DNA from: Gemmatimonadota bacterium
GTDB lineage: Bacteria > Gemmatimonadota > Gemmatimonadetes > Longimicrobiales > Gaopeijiaceae
Assembly: GCA_034521595.1 (NCBI GenBank)
Contig: JAXHMG010000003.1
Location: 2,784,001 to 2,848,000 of the forward strand
Length of the DNA: 64,000 nt
Direction of reading: 5' to 3'
The notes beneath the pieces are model-generated. The model did not search any database. It was given only the letters and a program-made list of their open reading frames with translations, and had not been told where the DNA came from. Shown here in pieces: positions 10,418 through 21,332 of the stretch. Position 1 is the first letter of the stretch, and each line of letters starts with the position of its first letter. The position numbers were made by a program, and so were the translations under genes.

Positions 10418-11371
10418 TTACTTCGGTGGCAAGACGCGCTCGAGGCGGGATCGGTCCCACCCGCCGAGGTCGGCCGCCGCCGCGTAGGTGCTCTCCAGGA
10501 ATTCCCGGAGCGCCGCATCGGGATCGGGCGCGGAGCGAACCTCCTCGTACGGTAACACGAACTCCCCGAGGGCAGGATGGAAGGACGCGCCCGCCGGATG
10601 GACCGGATGCGCCCGGTACCCCTCGGGCTCCGGGTACGCGTACGCGTAGAACGCCGCCTCGCCCAGCCCCGTTCCGGGCCAGAAGCCGGCGCTCGCCAGC
10701 TCGTCGGAATACGCCTCTTCCATGACCCAATCGGCCACGTTCGGCGCTCCCCCGGGATGCTTCGGCGCGGGCCGCCCGGAGAAGCGGGTGACGGCCAGAT
10801 CGAACGCACCCCAGAAGAAGTGCGCGGGGCTCGATTTTCCCACGAAGCCGGCGCGGAAGCGCTTGAAGACCCGGTCCACCTGGACCAGCGCCCGCCAGAA
10901 GGCGTGCACGTCCGCCGCGTCGTACGGCCGACGCGCCCGGTCTTCGGCGAACGGAACCGACACCTCGACCTCGACCGGCCGTGCCAGGATCGAAACCTCG
11001 ATCCGCAGGTCCGTCAGCCCTCCCATGAGCTCCCGGTAGAAGTCGGACACCGACATGGGCCCCAAGCCCATGCTCCACTTCCTACCCCACGACGTGCTGA
11101 TCCGGAGCGCATGGTCGACGAAGTCGAAGTCGATCGCGAAGCTCTCCCCGCGGTAGGGAATCGGCGACGTGGTGAGGCCCCGGCTGGTCACGTACAGAGT
11201 GGAGCCCCACGAATGGTTGATCCAAGGCGAGAGCTCGAGGCGCACCTTCCCGACGATCTGGGTCCAGAGGTGGACGGCGGTCAGCGTCTCTTGCCACTCC
11301 TCGAGCGGAGGAAGGGTGGGCCAGGAATCGGGGTTCGGGGCGTCAACGCTCATCTTGACGTCATCTCCCAT
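10418..11371 (-). CDS. DUF5996-like (Ava_C0101-like) conserved protein
   Basis: HLWTQIVGKVRL, RGLTTSPIP, HFFWGAFDLAVTRFSGRPAP, SAGFWPG, AFYAYAYPEP. Confidence 0.8.
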   Translation of the reverse strand: MGDDVKMSVDAPNPDSWPTLPPLEEWQETLTAVHLWTQIVGKVRLELSPWINHSWGSTLYVTSRGLTTSPIPYRGESFAIDFDFVDHALRISTSWGRKWSMGLGPMSVSDFYRELMGGLTDLRIEVSILARPVEVEVSVPFAEDRARRPYDAADVHAFWRALVQVDRVFKRFRAGFVGKSSPAHFFWGAFDLAVTRFSGRPAPKHPGGAPNVADWVMEEAYSDELASAGFWPGTGLGEAAFYAYAYPEPEGYRAHPVHPAGASFHPALGEFVLPYEEVRSAPDPDAALREFLESTYAAAADLGGWDRSRLERVLPPK

Positions 11372-11515
11372 CGCGATCCTCTCGTTTTCGGGCGGTGCGG
11401 GAACGGCGCCGATTTCCGCGCCGAAAGGGGCTGGTCCATCTCCCCCGGAGTGTGCAGACTTTCTACGAACATATCACGGCGCAACGGCAAACCACGACCC
11501 GAACCGAACCGCTCC

Positions 11516-12121
11516 ATGACCCGAGAGCTCCTGCAGGGATTGACCCACTTCAAGAAGGACTACTTCCGGACCTACGAAGACCGGTACCGGAAGCTCGTCG
11601 CCGAGGGGCAGAAGCCCGGCACCCTCTTCATCGGATGCTCGGACTCGCGCGTCGTGCCGTCGATCATCACCGACTCGGGTCCGGGGGACCTGTTCGTCGT
11701 GCGCAACGTCGGAAACATCGTGCCCCGCTACGAGGTCGACGAGGGTCATCACGGTGTTTCGGCGGCGATCGACTTTGCCGTGGACGTGCTGGAAGTACGG
11801 GACATCGTCGTCTGTGGGCACTCCCACTGCGGCGCGATGCAGGCGCTCTACGACACGTCGTCGGACCTCTCGGAGAACCTCCGCCGCTGGCTCGAGCTGG
11901 CGGCTCCGGCGAAGGTCGACGAGCCCGTATCGGAGGCGATGCTCCGGCGTACCGAGCAGCGCTCCATCGTCGTTCAGCTCGACCGGCTCATGGAGTTTCC
12001 CAACGTGCGCTCGAAGGTCGAAGCCGGACGGATCGCGCTGCACGGATGGCACTACGTGATCGAAGACGGGACCGTGCACATCCTGGACGCCGGATCGGGT
12101 GCGTTCGTGCCGCACGGGTAG
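11516..12121 (+). CDS. Beta-class carbonic anhydrase
   Basis: CSDSRV, VVRNVGN and CGHSHCGAM zinc ligands. Confidence 0.93.
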   Translation: MTRELLQGLTHFKKDYFRTYEDRYRKLVAEGQKPGTLFIGCSDSRVVPSIITDSGPGDLFVVRNVGNIVPRYEVDEGHHGVSAAIDFAVDVLEVRDIVVCGHSHCGAMQALYDTSSDLSENLRRWLELAAPAKVDEPVSEAMLRRTEQRSIVVQLDRLMEFPNVRSKVEAGRIALHGWHYVIEDGTVHILDAGSGAFVPHG

Positions 12122-12190
12122 GCCCGGTTCGACTGGCGGCGGCCGCTCCGTCGACACGGATTTTTTGCGTCAGGCGCCTCGGTCGCGTAT

Positions 12191-13051
12191 GTGACAGCTA
12201 TGAACAGCCCGTCCGCCGACCCGACCCCGGCACCGCATCCGGTGACTACCCACAGCCCCATACGGGTGGCTCTATTCGCCACGTGCCTGGCCGACCGCTT
12301 CTTCGCCGACGCCTGCGCGGACAGCGTGCGCGTGCTCGAGCGATTCGGCGTCGAAGTCGACGTGCCCGAGGGCCAGACGTGTTGCGGCCAGCCGGCGTAC
12401 AACACGGGGCACCGTGAGGAAGCCGCCCGCATGGCGCGCCAGACCGCCCGGACCTTCGCCGACGCCGACTACGTGGTGCTCCCGTCCGGCAGCTGCGCGG
12501 GCATGATCCGGAGCTTCTACCCCGGACTTCTGGACACGCCGGGCGCCGAGGACCCCGGCGCCCGCACACCCGCCGCGGTGGCGCGGTCACGCGCCTCGCC
12601 CCTCTCCGCCCGTGCCTACGAGCTCGCCGAGTTCCTCGTGCGGGTGCTCGAGGTCTTGACCCCAGCGCCCGACGGCACCCATGTCCCGCTCGGCACCGGC
12701 CTCGCCGGCCGGCGCATCGCCTACCACCACGGCTGCCACGCGCTCCGCGAGCTCGGGGTGCGTGACGAGCCGCTCGCGCTTCTCCGCGCGTGCGGCGCCG
12801 AGGTCGTCGCCTGGGACGGTGACATCGAGTGCTGCGGCTTCGGCGGTCTCTTCAGCACGAAGTTTCCCGCGGTCTCGGCGGGCATGGCGGACCGCAAGCT
12901 CGACGCGCTCTCCCCGGGAGTGGACGCCGTGGCGTCCGCCGACGGCGGCTGTCTCCTCCAGCTCGCGGGGCGGGCGCGGCACCGGAGCGCCGGGGCCCAG
13001 CCCCCATTCGTCCACCTGGCGACCCTCCTCCGCGAAGGGATCGGCGCATGA
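12191..13051 (+). CDS. lutA: Lactate utilization Fe-S protein, CCG domain (LutA/YkgE)
   Basis: FATCLAD, QTCCGQP, SGSCAG, HGCH, ECCGFGG, DGGC. Confidence 0.88.
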   Translation: MTAMNSPSADPTPAPHPVTTHSPIRVALFATCLADRFFADACADSVRVLERFGVEVDVPEGQTCCGQPAYNTGHREEAARMARQTARTFADADYVVLPSGSCAGMIRSFYPGLLDTPGAEDPGARTPAAVARSRASPLSARAYELAEFLVRVLEVLTPAPDGTHVPLGTGLAGRRIAYHHGCHALRELGVRDEPLALLRACGAEVVAWDGDIECCGFGGLFSTKFPAVSAGMADRKLDALSPGVDAVASADGGCLLQLAGRARHRSAGAQPPFVHLATLLREGIGA

Positions 13052-14448
13052 GCGAGGCGTTCCGGCCCGCCCACTACGGCACCAACGCCGCACGCATCAT
13101 CCGCGACGAGCCCACGATGCGCACCGCCGTGACCGAGGCCACGCGCTCCAAAGACGAACGGCGGCAAGCCGCCTGGGCCGAGATCGACGCCGACGCGTGG
13201 CGCGACTGGGCACGCGACCTCAAGACGCACGTGCTCACGCACCTCGCCGACTACCTCGAGGAAGCCGAGGATCGCCTGATCGAGAACGGCGTCCACGTCC
13301 ATTGGGCGGAGACGGCGGAAGACGCGTGCCGCACGGTCACCCGGATCGCCGACGGGCGCGGCGTCCGGCGCGTCGTCAAAGCCAAGAGCATGTTGACCGA
13401 GGAGGTGGGGCTAAACGCCCACCTGGAGGCCGGGGGCCTCGAGGTGCGGGAAACCGATCTCGGCGAGTTCATCATCCAGCTCCTGGACGAGCCTCCGAGT
13501 CATATCGTGGGCCCCTCGCTCCACCGGAGCCTCGACGACTGCCGCCGCCTCTTTCACGAGCGCTTCGGCACGCCCCCGGACGCCACTCCGGAGACCCTCG
13601 CGGCCACGGCGCGGCGGGTGCTTCGCGACGACTTCCTCCGGGCCGACATGGGTGTGTCGGGCGCGAACTTCCTGGCGGCCGACACCGGAACCCTCGCGCT
13701 CATCGAGAACGAGGGAAACATCCGCATCTCGACCTCCGTTCCGCCCGTCCACGTGGCGCTGGTGGGCATCGAGAAGCTCGTTCCGACCTTCGAAGACCTC
13801 TCGGGGATGATTCAGCTCACGGCCCGGTCGGCGACGGGTCAGCCGATCGGCAACTACACGTCGCTCATCCAGGGGCCCCGCCGGCCGGGTGAGCGCGACG
13901 GCCCGGAGGAGGTCCACGTCGTGCTGGTCGACAACGGGCGCAGCCGCCTGCTGGCCGACGACCACGCCTGGGAGACGCTCCGGTGTGTGCGGTGCGGTTC
14001 CTGCCTGAACATCTGCCCCGTTTACCGGCAGACGGGCGGCCACGCGTACGGGTGGGCGTATTCGGGGCCGATCGGCGCGATCCTGGCGCCGGGCCTGCTC
14101 GGACTCGAGGAATCGATGCCGCTTCCGTACGCCTCGAGTCTGTGCGGCGCTTGCGCGGAGGTATGTCCGGTTCGTATTCCAATACCGGAGCTGCTGGTCT
14201 ACTGGCGGGAGCGCGCGGCCGAGGAAGGCCTCGCGCCCCGCACCGAGACGGCGGCGATGAAGGCGTGGGCGACATTGGCGGAGCACCCCGGTGCGTTCGG
14301 GGCGGCCGCCGAAGCGATACGCGTGCTTCCGCGGGGCAAAGCTGGACGGGCGCTGCCGGTGTTGCGGGGCTGGGTGGAGGAACGTGCGGCGCCGGAACCG
14401 AGTGGTGAGCGTTTTCTTGACACCTGGAACAGGAGGGAGGACAGGTGA
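13048..14448 (+). CDS. lutB: Lactate utilization iron-sulfur protein (LutB/YkgF)
   Basis: KSMLTEE, ETDLGEFI, ENEGN, RSATGQ, CVRCGSCLNICPVY, SSLCGACAEVCPV. Confidence 0.92.
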   Translation: MSEAFRPAHYGTNAARIIRDEPTMRTAVTEATRSKDERRQAAWAEIDADAWRDWARDLKTHVLTHLADYLEEAEDRLIENGVHVHWAETAEDACRTVTRIADGRGVRRVVKAKSMLTEEVGLNAHLEAGGLEVRETDLGEFIIQLLDEPPSHIVGPSLHRSLDDCRRLFHERFGTPPDATPETLAATARRVLRDDFLRADMGVSGANFLAADTGTLALIENEGNIRISTSVPPVHVALVGIEKLVPTFEDLSGMIQLTARSATGQPIGNYTSLIQGPRRPGERDGPEEVHVVLVDNGRSRLLADDHAWETLRCVRCGSCLNICPVYRQTGGHAYGWAYSGPIGAILAPGLLGLEESMPLPYASSLCGACAEVCPVRIPIPELLVYWRERAAEEGLAPRTETAAMKAWATLAEHPGAFGAAAEAIRVLPRGKAGRALPVLRGWVEERAAPEPSGERFLDTWNRREDR

Positions 14449-15062
14449 GTCCGCGCAACCGGATTCTAGGACACGTGCGAGCGGCCACCGCGACCCGGCC
14501 GGAGGCACCTCATCCCGGCAGGTTCGACGGGACGTACGCGACCGACGACGACCGGACCCCGGTCGAGCGGTTCAGTGACCTGTTCACGACCTCAGGCGGC
14601 GAGATCGAGCGGTTCGAAGACGTCGAAGCGGCCGCGCGTTGGCTCGCTCGCTACGCGGACGACTACGACGGCGTCACGGTCGGGGCGACGGTGCCGACCG
14701 CGCTCCGTCCGGCGCTGCCCTCCACCTGCCCGGACCTCGCGCCGCTCGGCGTCACGCTGGCGGCCGCGGCCATCGCCGAAACCGGATCGCTCGTGCTCGA
14801 CGCACGGGACGGCCGCCGCACGCAGTTGCTCGCACCGACCCACGTCGTCTTCGTGAAGGCACGGGATATCCATTCCACCCTCGTCGACGCGCTGAGCGAT
14901 CTCCGCGGCGACCTCCCCTCGGCGATCGGCCTCCATTCGGGTCCGTCGAAGTCGGCGGACATCGGCCAGATCCTGGTGCGCGGCGTGCACGGGCCGGGCC
15001 GCATCGTGGCCGCCATCCTCGGGGAACACCCGGATGAGCTCCGAGGAGGCCGGCACGGCTGA
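14445..15062 (+). CDS. lutC: LUD-domain protein (LutC/YkgG)
   Basis: AIAETGS, SGPSKSADI and GVHGP; third gene of the operon. Confidence 0.88.
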   Translation: MSPRNRILGHVRAATATRPEAPHPGRFDGTYATDDDRTPVERFSDLFTTSGGEIERFEDVEAAARWLARYADDYDGVTVGATVPTALRPALPSTCPDLAPLGVTLAAAAIAETGSLVLDARDGRRTQLLAPTHVVFVKARDIHSTLVDALSDLRGDLPSAIGLHSGPSKSADIGQILVRGVHGPGRIVAAILGEHPDELRGGRHG

Positions 15063-15077
15063 GTTCGGCGCGGGCTG

Positions 15078-15983
15078 CTAAGGGAGCGTCGCAGCCTCCG
15101 GGGGGAACAACAGGAGCGGGTATCGAACCGTTCTCACCACCGACGAGGCGACGCTCCCGAGCAGCGTCCGGGCCATGAAGCCGTGCCCGTGCGTGCCGAG
15201 CGCGATCACATCCGGAGCGAGCGACTCGGCCACCGCCGCGACGCCGTCGACCGCGAGAGGGGCGGCGCGCGTGCGCGTATTGAAGGTCACCGGAGCGTCC
15301 TCGGGCAACCGCTCGCGCGCGCCGGCCACCTGTTCCCGCAAGAGGGGCTCCGCGTCGAAGGGCCGGTACACCGGCGAGCCGACCGCGTAGACGTAGAGCA
15401 GGTCCACGACGAGCTCTCGCGGCCCCGAATCGGACGGCGACGCCACCACCGGAGCGAACCAATCGACGACGGTGGCCAGAGCCCTCCGCGCATGCGAGGA
15501 GAAATCGGTTGCCACGAGGATACGCGTGACCGGGCCTTCGAGGGGCGAATGAGCCACGAGACACGGTCTGCCGGTAGTGCGAAGGACCCGATCCGCCGTG
15601 GTACCGAGGAGATCATCCAATGCCCTGTGCGGCCGGTGAGGGCCGAGCACCACCACATCGGCGGCCACCCGCTCCGCGTACCCGACGATCTCCTTGGAGG
15701 GCGCCCCGATCACGACCTCGGGATCCCCGTGCGACAGCGCGTCGGCGGCGACCCGCCCGAGCTGCTCGCGCAACGTTCGCCGAGCGACGCCCAGCCACTC
15801 TTCACGCTCGTTGGGGTCGAGCGAGCCCTGCCAGTACGGAAACACCGGCTTCGGCACGCAGTGGAACGCTCGGAAAGACGCGCCGGCGTCCCGTGCCAGG
15901 GAAGCTCCGGTTCGGAGGGCCTTATCGGCTCCCTCGGTCAAGTCCGAGGTCGCGAGTACGACGCGTAGGGTCCGCGCATCCAT
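15078..15983 (-). CDS. Tandem-domain universal stress protein
   Basis: Two USP domains (LATSDL...GTTADRVLR and VATDFS...GTHGHG...LGSVA). Confidence 0.88.
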   Translation of the reverse strand: MDARTLRVVLATSDLTEGADKALRTGASLARDAGASFRAFHCVPKPVFPYWQGSLDPNEREEWLGVARRTLREQLGRVAADALSHGDPEVVIGAPSKEIVGYAERVAADVVVLGPHRPHRALDDLLGTTADRVLRTTGRPCLVAHSPLEGPVTRILVATDFSSHARRALATVVDWFAPVVASPSDSGPRELVVDLLYVYAVGSPVYRPFDAEPLLREQVAGARERLPEDAPVTFNTRTRAAPLAVDGVAAVAESLAPDVIALGTHGHGFMARTLLGSVASSVVRTVRYPLLLFPPEAATLP

Positions 15984-16098
15984 GGGTCACCGACCAAGCC
16001 AGGAGACGTGTGTGGCCCGGTAAGTTGCTACCGCGATCCGTTCGTTGGAAGACGGCACACCGACCGGCGGGCCGTCCGCGCAGCGTTGACGGGCCCGA

Positions 16099-17169
16099 TT
16101 ACAGCCGGATCGTGCCGCCGATCCCCGGCAGGTGGAGGTTCGCCGCCGGGAGCCCGGCTTCCCGCCACGCCCGCCGGGTGAGCGCCGGCGGCTCGAGCGG
16201 GTCTTCGTCCGTCAGGCGGAAGGTGCCCCAGTGCATGCCGACGAACGCACCGGCCGCGCCGAGATCGCGATACGCCTGAACGGCTTCCCGGGGATTCATG
16301 TGCGACTCGGCCATGAACCATCGGGGCTCGTAGGCGCCGATCGGCAGGATCGAGGCCCGGAACGGTCCCAGCCGGGATCCGATCTCGCGAAAAGCGGGGC
16401 AGTAGCCCGAGTCCCCGCCGAAGAAGACGCCGCGCGCCGCGTCGGAGGACCCCGCCGGCAACGCCGCCCATCCCCCCCACAGCTCCCGGTTCACGCCGAG
16501 GGCCCGACGCGTCCAGTGGCGCACCGGCAGGCAGACGAGCCGAACGGGCCCACCGGGTCCGTCGACCAGGACCTCGTGCCACCAGTCGAGCTCGACCACC
16601 TGCCGCACCCCACGCCTGCGCAGCCACGGTCCATATCCCAGAGGCACGTACCAGGCGAGCCCGTTCCCGAACCGATCACGGAGGTGCCGCACGGTCCGCG
16701 CATCCAGGTGGTCGTAGTGCCCGTGCGAGAGCAGCACACCATCCAGCGGGGGGAGCTCGGAGAGCGACAGCCCCGGGTCGCTCAAGCGGGGACCGCCCAA
16801 CAGGGAGAACGGCCCGGCCCGGGCCGACCAGATGGGATCCGTCAGCAGGTTCAGCCCACCGATCTGCAGCAGGAACGTCGCGTGGCCGACGAAGGTCAGG
16901 CGAAGCTCGTCCACATCGGCGTGCGGATAGGCGGGCTCCGGGGTGCCGGTGGGCACCTCTCCGGGATCGGGGTTGGGCGGCAGGTCGGCTCCGAATCGAT
17001 CCCACATCCAGGCGAAGAACCCGCCCGGCCGCGCTTCCGCCTCGGGATGCCGCGGCCAGGGACTGTGGAATCCGCCGTCGGGGGCGTGGTGCTCGCCCAC
17101 CGTCCGTCCGGCGGGGAGCGGAGGCGCTTCGGGCGCGCGCCGGGTCACCGCCAAGGATCGAAGGTTCAT
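16099..17169 (-). CDS. MBL-fold hydrolase (NAPE-PLD/RomA-like)
   Basis: GHATF, TDPIWS, SHGHYDHLD, GDSGY, PIGAYEP, MHWGTF. Start codon uncertain. Confidence 0.85.
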   Translation of the reverse strand: MNLRSLAVTRRAPEAPPLPAGRTVGEHHAPDGGFHSPWPRHPEAEARPGGFFAWMWDRFGADLPPNPDPGEVPTGTPEPAYPHADVDELRLTFVGHATFLLQIGGLNLLTDPIWSARAGPFSLLGGPRLSDPGLSLSELPPLDGVLLSHGHYDHLDARTVRHLRDRFGNGLAWYVPLGYGPWLRRRGVRQVVELDWWHEVLVDGPGGPVRLVCLPVRHWTRRALGVNRELWGGWAALPAGSSDAARGVFFGGDSGYCPAFREIGSRLGPFRASILPIGAYEPRWFMAESHMNPREAVQAYRDLGAAGAFVGMHWGTFRLTDEDPLEPPALTRRAWREAGLPAANLHLPGIGGTIRL

Positions 17170-17351
17170 CCCTGAAACATATGGACGCACACCCACGGCC
17201 AACATCCGTCCGAAAGCGGCCCCGGCCGCCACATCCGAGGCTCCGGCCGCGATTATGCCTCGGATGCGCGCGACCACGCAGCGTTGACATGTCGGTTTGC
17301 CCGTAGGAATGTAGGCGCTTGGTCTTCAAGCGCCCTACGCTCCCCGGCACG

Positions 17352-20300
17352 ATGCGGCTCCGGCCCCTCCTATCCTTCTTTCTTGTCACGCTGGTCGCAG
17401 CGCCCGCCACGTTGGCGGGACAGACGGCCGCACCCTACCTCGATCCCGACAGGCCGCTCACGGAGCTCACGGTCGACCTCTGGACCGAGGACGATGGGCT
17501 GCCGCAGAACATGGCGTCGGCCATAGCGCAGACGCCCGACGGGTTCATGTGGCTCGGCATGGAACGCGGCCTGGTCCGCTTCGACGGCGCGACGTTTCGC
17601 GTCTACGACCCCGAGAACACCCCAGAGCTCTCGACGCCGTGGATCACCGCGCTCTGGCCCGACCCCGACGGCACTTTGTGGATCGGCACGGCCGGCGGCG
17701 GGCTCCTGCGCTTCAGATCCGGAACGTTCGCGAAGCACACGACCGGGCACGGCCTTCCCGGTAACGACATCCGGGCCCTCTTCCGGGACACGGAAGGGCG
17801 GCTCTGGGTCGGTACTCGCGATGCCGGCGCCGCGCGCAGGGAGGACGACGGAACCTTCACCGTCTTCACCACCGACGACGGCTTGGCGAGCGACTTCGTG
17901 CTCGACATCGGCCAGGACCGAGCCGGCGCGATCTGGCTGGGCACGGCGGAAGGCCTGACCCGCATCGAGGGGAACGAAACCCGCACATACAGCCGTAACG
18001 AGAGCATGCCGGGCGGACGGGTCAACGCCGTGCTCGGCGCGCGCGACGGGTCGCTCTGGGCCGGAACCTCGGACGGCGGGCTCGTACGCGTCCGGGACGG
18101 CACGCTCACCACACTCTCGACGGCCGACGGCCTCAGCAGCGACTACGTGACGTCGCTGTACGAGAATCCGGTCGGCACGCTTTGGGTGGGCACCAACGGT
18201 GGCGGCCTCAACCGGATCCGGGACGGACGGATCACGTCGCTCACGACGGCGGACAACCTGCCCGGGGACCTGATCCTGTCCGTCGCGGGCGATCGCGACG
18301 GCGGGGTCTGGCTGGGCATGACCGGTGCCGGCTTGGGACGCATGCGGGAAGGGCTCTTCCGGGTGGTGGGCCGCCCCGAGGGGCTGTCCACGGACATCGC
18401 CCTGGCGCTCGCCGAAGATGCGGGCGGGAACCTCTGGATCGGAACCGCGGGCGGTGGACTCAACCGGCTGACCGAGGGCGGCATCGAGACCTACACCACC
18501 GAGCAGGGGCTCGGGCACGACGTGATCCTGGCCGTCGAGCCCACGGCGACCCCGAACGACGTGTGGGTGGGGATGGCCGCCGGAGGGCTCAGCCGGGTCA
18601 CCGACGAGGGCGTGACGACGTTCGAGGAGGACGACGGGCTCCTCACGACGCAGATTGCCGACATCGAAGCGTCCCCCGAAGGCGGCGTCTGGCTCGCCAC
18701 CGGGGGAAACGGGCTTCAGCGGTGGAACGACGGCCCCGCGGGCGTGCTGACGTCGGACGACGGCCTGCCGAGCGACGTCGTGACCACGCTGCACTTTGCG
18801 GACGACGGCGCGCTCTGGATCGGCACACAGAACGGCCTCGGGCGTTTGGAAGACGGCGAGGTCGCAGCGCTGTCGATCGGCGCACCCGGCACGCCCGCGA
18901 ATCACGTCACCGAACTTTCCACGGGACGAGACGGCTCGCTCTGGGTCACGACGAACGGAGGACTGGGTCGCGTGCGGGGCTCCGACGTCTCGTTCTTCGG
19001 TCCGGAGGACGGACCGTTCGGAGGCCAGGTGCACGCGGCGGTCGAGGACACGCTCGGCTTCGTGTGGGTGTCGACGAACGAAGGCATCGCACGGATGCGG
19101 GTCTCCGACCTCGAAGACGAAGGGGCGAGGCCCGTTCCGTTCCGAATGTTCGAGCGCGCCGACGGCCTCCGCTCCAACGAGGCCAACGGGGGCGTGAATC
19201 CGGCCGGCATCCGGCGGCGTGACGGGAGCATCTGGTTCCCGACGATGAGGGGCGCGGCAAGCATCCAGCCGATGGACTCCTTCCCCGAGCGACCGACGCC
19301 CGAGCCGATCCTCGAGTCGGTCGTGGTGAACGAGGTTCCCCATCCCATCGGGGACGGCACGGCGCTCGAGACACAGCACCGAACCCTCGAGTTCCACTTC
19401 ACGGCACCCACGTACGTCGCGCCGGAGGAGATCAACTTCCGCTATCGGCTCGACGGGTTCGACGACGAATGGGTCGAGTCCGGAGACCGCCGAGCCGCCT
19501 ACTACACCAACCTGCCGCCGGGGACCTACCGCTTTCAGGTCGCCGTGCGTCGGGGAGCCGGAGAATGGACGGACGCCTCGGCGGCCCAGACCGTCACGCT
19601 CGAGCCGTTCTTCCACGAAACCGGGCTCTTCCGCGGCGTGGCGGCCCTGCTGTTGCTGGTGGGCGGCGGGACCCTGTACCGGTGGCGGGTGCGCAGGCTC
19701 GAAGACCGGCAGAGGGAGCTGCTGACCCTCACCGCGGAGCAGCAGCGCGCGGAGCGGGCGCTGCGGGAGAGCCAGAACCGGCTGACGCTCGCGCTTCGAT
19801 CCGGCCGCATGGGGACGTGGGAGTGGGACCTGCACACGGGCGCGCTCACCCTCGACCAGGCGAGCGCCGACGCGCTGGGCGCGCACCCGGCCACGGGCGA
19901 GGAGATGCTCGAGGCGCTGCGCCCGAAGCTCTCCCCCGAGGACCACGCCAAGCTCGCCGAGCTCGAGTCTCAGGTGGCGGCCGGAGCCGAGTCCATCCAC
20001 CTCGACTTCGCCCTCGCAACCGACTCGGGTGCGCGGTACGTGGAGCTTCGCGGGCAAACCTTCTTCGACGACCAGGGCCGGCCGGACCACGTGATGGGCG
20101 TCGTCGCTGACGTGTCCGACCTGATGACCACGCAGGCCGAGCTGCGGCGCCGGGAGGAAGAGCTTCGTGAAGCCCAGAAGATGGAAGCCGTGGGCCGGCT
20201 CGCCGGCGGCGTCGCACACGACTTCAACAACCTGCTCACGGCGATCCTCGGCCGCGCGCACTTCCTCGCGGACCATGTCTCTGACACCGAGGCTCGCGAA

Positions 20301-21308
20301 GACCTCGAAGAGATCCAGCGTTCCGCCGAACGTGCCGCGAACCTCACGCAGCAGCTGCTCATGTTCAGCAGACGGCAGGTCGTGCAGCCGCAGGTTCTCG
20401 ACCTGAACACGCTGATCCAGGAGGTCGAGCGGATGTTGCGCCGGCTCGTGCGCGAGGACGTCACCTTCGAGACCCGCCTCGACCCCGAGCTGGTGCCCGT
20501 CCGCATCGACCCCGGCAGCATGGAACAGATCCTCGTCAACCTGGTGGTCAACGCCCAGGACGCCATGCCGGAAGGGGGCGTGCTCCGCATCGAGACGTCC
20601 AACGATGCGGACACGCACGCCGTGGTGACCGTGTCCGATACCGGCGAGGGCATGACCGCGGAGACGCTCGAGCACGTGTTCGACCCCTTCTACACGACCA
20701 AGCCGGTAGGCAAAGGAACCGGGCTCGGTCTCTCCACGGTCTACGGCATCGTGCAGCAGGCACGGGGTGAGGTACGGGTGGACAGCCGGCCGGGCGACGG
20801 CACGACCTTCCGCATCTACCTCCCACGGGTTCCCGACGAGGACGCCCCCGCCGTGGAGGCGACCGACACGCTCCCGGCCGAATCCCACGCCACGGCCGAC
20901 GGGAACGGGACGGATGCCGGGTCCCGGCCATCCCACACCATCCTGCTCGTCGAGGACGACGACGCCGTACGTCCCCTCATGGCGAGAGTCCTGGAGCGGG
21001 CGGGCTATGCCGTGATCGAGGCGTCGTCGGGCAGCGAGGCGCTCGAGATCACCGCCGGCCCGAACCGAAGCATCGACCTCATCGTCTCGGACGTGGTGAT
21101 GCCCGGGATGAGCGGTAGAGAGCTCTCCGACGCCGTCCGCGAGCACTGTCCCGACGCCGCCGTGCTGCTCGTCTCCGGGCACCACGAAGACGAGGTCCTC
21201 CGAAAGGGCATCAACGAACAGGAAGTCGCCTTCCTGCGGAAGCCCTTCGACACCCGGGACCTCGTCCAGGCCGTCCGGACGGTCCTCGATCCGGAGGGGG
21301 CGCGGTAG
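17352..21308 (+). CDS. Hybrid sensor histidine kinase (beta-propeller repeats, Y_Y_Y, TM, PAS, HisKA, HATPase, REC)
   Basis: Repeated DGLP/LWIGT units, YTNLPPGTYRF, GGVAHDFNN, GKGTGLGL, and C-terminal SDVVMP...KPF. Confidence 0.92.
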   Translation: MRLRPLLSFFLVTLVAAPATLAGQTAAPYLDPDRPLTELTVDLWTEDDGLPQNMASAIAQTPDGFMWLGMERGLVRFDGATFRVYDPENTPELSTPWITALWPDPDGTLWIGTAGGGLLRFRSGTFAKHTTGHGLPGNDIRALFRDTEGRLWVGTRDAGAARREDDGTFTVFTTDDGLASDFVLDIGQDRAGAIWLGTAEGLTRIEGNETRTYSRNESMPGGRVNAVLGARDGSLWAGTSDGGLVRVRDGTLTTLSTADGLSSDYVTSLYENPVGTLWVGTNGGGLNRIRDGRITSLTTADNLPGDLILSVAGDRDGGVWLGMTGAGLGRMREGLFRVVGRPEGLSTDIALALAEDAGGNLWIGTAGGGLNRLTEGGIETYTTEQGLGHDVILAVEPTATPNDVWVGMAAGGLSRVTDEGVTTFEEDDGLLTTQIADIEASPEGGVWLATGGNGLQRWNDGPAGVLTSDDGLPSDVVTTLHFADDGALWIGTQNGLGRLEDGEVAALSIGAPGTPANHVTELSTGRDGSLWVTTNGGLGRVRGSDVSFFGPEDGPFGGQVHAAVEDTLGFVWVSTNEGIARMRVSDLEDEGARPVPFRMFERADGLRSNEANGGVNPAGIRRRDGSIWFPTMRGAASIQPMDSFPERPTPEPILESVVVNEVPHPIGDGTALETQHRTLEFHFTAPTYVAPEEINFRYRLDGFDDEWVESGDRRAAYYTNLPPGTYRFQVAVRRGAGEWTDASAAQTVTLEPFFHETGLFRGVAALLLLVGGGTLYRWRVRRLEDRQRELLTLTAEQQRAERALRESQNRLTLALRSGRMGTWEWDLHTGALTLDQASADALGAHPATGEEMLEALRPKLSPEDHAKLAELESQVAAGAESIHLDFALATDSGARYVELRGQTFFDDQGRPDHVMGVVADVSDLMTTQAELRRREEELREAQKMEAVGRLAGGVAHDFNNLLTAILGRAHFLADHVSDTEAREDLEEIQRSAERAANLTQQLLMFSRRQVVQPQVLDLNTLIQEVERMLRRLVREDVTFETRLDPELVPVRIDPGSMEQILVNLVVNAQDAMPEGGVLRIETSNDADTHAVVTVSDTGEGMTAETLEHVFDPFYTTKPVGKGTGLGLSTVYGIVQQARGEVRVDSRPGDGTTFRIYLPRVPDEDAPAVEATDTLPAESHATADGNGTDAGSRPSHTILLVEDDDAVRPLMARVLERAGYAVIEASSGSEALEITAGPNRSIDLIVSDVVMPGMSGRELSDAVREHCPDAAVLLVSGHHEDEVLRKGINEQEVAFLRKPFDTRDLVQAVRTVLDPEGAR

Positions 21309-21332
21309 GTTCGTCGTAGGAGTCGCGGACGA

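Noticed and set aside
17370-21185. 1271-aa antisense ORF, and similar long shadow ORFs at 1309, 7678, 23925 and 62198
   Set aside because: They lie opposite well-supported genes and are expected in high-GC DNA.
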